From Crocinitomicaceae bacterium (GTDB lineage: Bacteria; Bacteroidota; Bacteroidia; Flavobacteriales_D; Crocinitomicaceae), in assembly GCA_041596415.1 (NCBI GenBank), contig JBFHIN010000001.1, positions 1 through 24,229 of the forward strand: DNA of 24,229 nt. Direction: 5' to 3'. How positions within the stretch are numbered: the first letter of the stretch is position 1; each line of letters starts with the position of its first letter. Under the pieces are notes generated by a model that did no database searches, had not been told where the DNA came from, and was given only the letters and a program-made list of their open reading frames with translations. A program made the position numbers and the translations under genes. Positions 23,193 to 24,229 of the stretch are shown in pieces.

Positions 23193-24038
23193 TTAGGGAT
23201 TACAAAAATCACAGTAAGTCGGTTCTTCAGAAGTTTTATTATTTGGAAACATCTTTTCTTCCAAGTGATTACATGATTGACAGCGATAGATATGGGCTAG
23301 TGTAGAGCGCGTTGGTAAACTGCACGCTTCGCATTTCAACCCGCTTTTAATTTCTGTTACCTGAAACCCAGGGAATTGACACGATGGACAAGTAGAATGA
23401 ATGGCAGTAACAAGTTTCTCGGTAGCTCGTCTGATAACTTGCATTCGAGTAGGGTTGAACATAGCACGCATGTCTGTTTCTACGAGCACCTGTGAATGTG
23501 AATCGAGCAATTGATTGAAGGTATGGATAAGCGTTCTTTCGTCACATATTCCTTTAAAAAGTAGTGAATGATCAGTTCTAGAAGTTCTTAGAATCAAGGC
23601 ATGTGATGGAAATCCCACTTTAGAGGCAAAAACATTAAGTTCTTCAAGAGATGTTACCTCTTCTGAATTGAAATTTGTTTCTGTTGAAAGTTCGCGGACA
23701 ATAATTTCCACTTTGTTTTTAAGGTCGATAAGAATCATAAACTCATCATTCGCAGGAGAAAAAAACAAGGAAGGATGTGCTCCAAAGGATCCTTCAGTTG
23801 CGACCCCAAGATCACACCCAGCTGCTTCCATAGATCTTATACACTTCTCTTTTACCGCACTTATTGGATCGAGTGTGCGCTCAACTTCGCCCGTAAAGGT
23901 ACCAAGAGTGTCCGTGTCGAATGCCTCATTTGTAAAGCAATCAACGCCGAGTGCCTTCTCGAGAATTTCGGAAATTACCGATTCTTTTTTGTGTTTACCG
24001 GCTATGAGTAATTTTCTATTCTTAAAGAATTCTTCCAT
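23193..24038 (-). CDS. DUF6671-family protein with a C-terminal multi-CxxC region
   Basis: KHKKE, DTDTLGTFTGEVER, ATEGSFGAHP, ETDMRAMFNPTRM, then CPSC, CEAC, CQSC, CDFCNP. Confidence 0.8.
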   Translation of the reverse strand: MEEFFKNRKLLIAGKHKKESVISEILEKALGVDCFTNEAFDTDTLGTFTGEVERTLDPISAVKEKCIRSMEAAGCDLGVATEGSFGAHPSLFFSPANDEFMILIDLKNKVEIIVRELSTETNFNSEEVTSLEELNVFASKVGFPSHALILRTSRTDHSLLFKGICDERTLIHTFNQLLDSHSQVLVETDMRAMFNPTRMQVIRRATEKLVTAIHSTCPSCQFPGFQVTEIKSGLKCEACSLPTRSTLAHIYRCQSCNHLEEKMFPNNKTSEEPTYCDFCNP

Positions 24039-24046
24039 CTACATTG

Positions 24047-24078
24047 CAAATGTACATCTAAAGCATATTTTACCGCAA
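24047..24078 (-). promoter_or_regulatory. Bacteroidota promoter for DUF6671 (-7 TACATTTG, -33-like TTG)
   Basis: Exact TAnnTTTG at 24054-24047 on the minus strand, with CTTG 21 nt upstream. Confidence 0.6.
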
Positions 24079-24127
24079 GAACATTAGGATAAATTAAGAG
24101 ATTCTTAAAGTGGTTATTACATGATGA

Positions 24128-24229
24128 TCACACAAACAACACACCCCTAAACCCACGTGCTGCATAATAAGATTCTGCACTATTGTGGTAAATGAACACT
24201 TTTCCATATCTAAAGTCGGCAAATTCGGC
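24128..24229 (-). CDS. 3' end of a DUF4256-family gene; partial, not in the ORF track
   Basis: Manual translation AEFADFRYGKVFIYHNSAESYYAARGFRGVLFV* matches the characteristic DUF4256 C-terminus (YHNGAESYYAARGFRG). Confidence 0.8.
   Translation of the reverse strand, partial: AEFADFRYGKVFIYHNSAESYYAARGFRGVLFV

Noticed and set aside
916-24087. Short opposite-strand or nested ORFs in the track (916..1125, 3784..3969, 5443..5643, 6908..7249, 8956..9216, 9125..9322, 9514..9756, 9958..10233, 12999..13304, 14798..15004, 15404..15763, 15952..16158, 16908..17093, 17453..17770, 20400..20726, 23668..24087, 23775..24011)
   Set aside because: All overlap well-supported genes and have no family motifs. 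They are typical shadow ORFs.

Overview
AT-rich chromosomal window from a Bacteroidota bacterium, judged from the TAnnTTTG promoters, A-rich leaders and protein families. It holds about 26 CDS and no tRNA, rRNA, CRISPR array or mobile element that I can support. Contents in order: a partial TrxB-like oxidoreductase; two exported hypothetical proteins; a SAM-I/IV-like riboswitch (2366-2470) in front of an orphan Cys-cluster/DUF192-like gene; a PanP-like PLP decarboxylase; a signalling island (REC-adenylate cyclase, LytTR regulator, two histidine kinases, Rcp1-like receiver, hybrid kinase with HPt); a copper cluster (HMA protein, multicopper oxidase fused to a beta-barrel, cupin, VOC); two outer-membrane beta-barrel proteins; a stress protein; an exported L7/L12-CTD protein; a degenerate Cas4-like Fe-S protein; a tail-collar protein with a signal peptide; DUF6671; and the 3' end of DUF4256. 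The best candidate for an undescribed system is the riboswitch and its target. All core SAM-contact positions are present, two mutually exclusive helices would expose or hide the start codon, and the controlled gene is not a recognisable Met/SAM pathway gene. All family assignments come from motif recognition by eye, not database searches.
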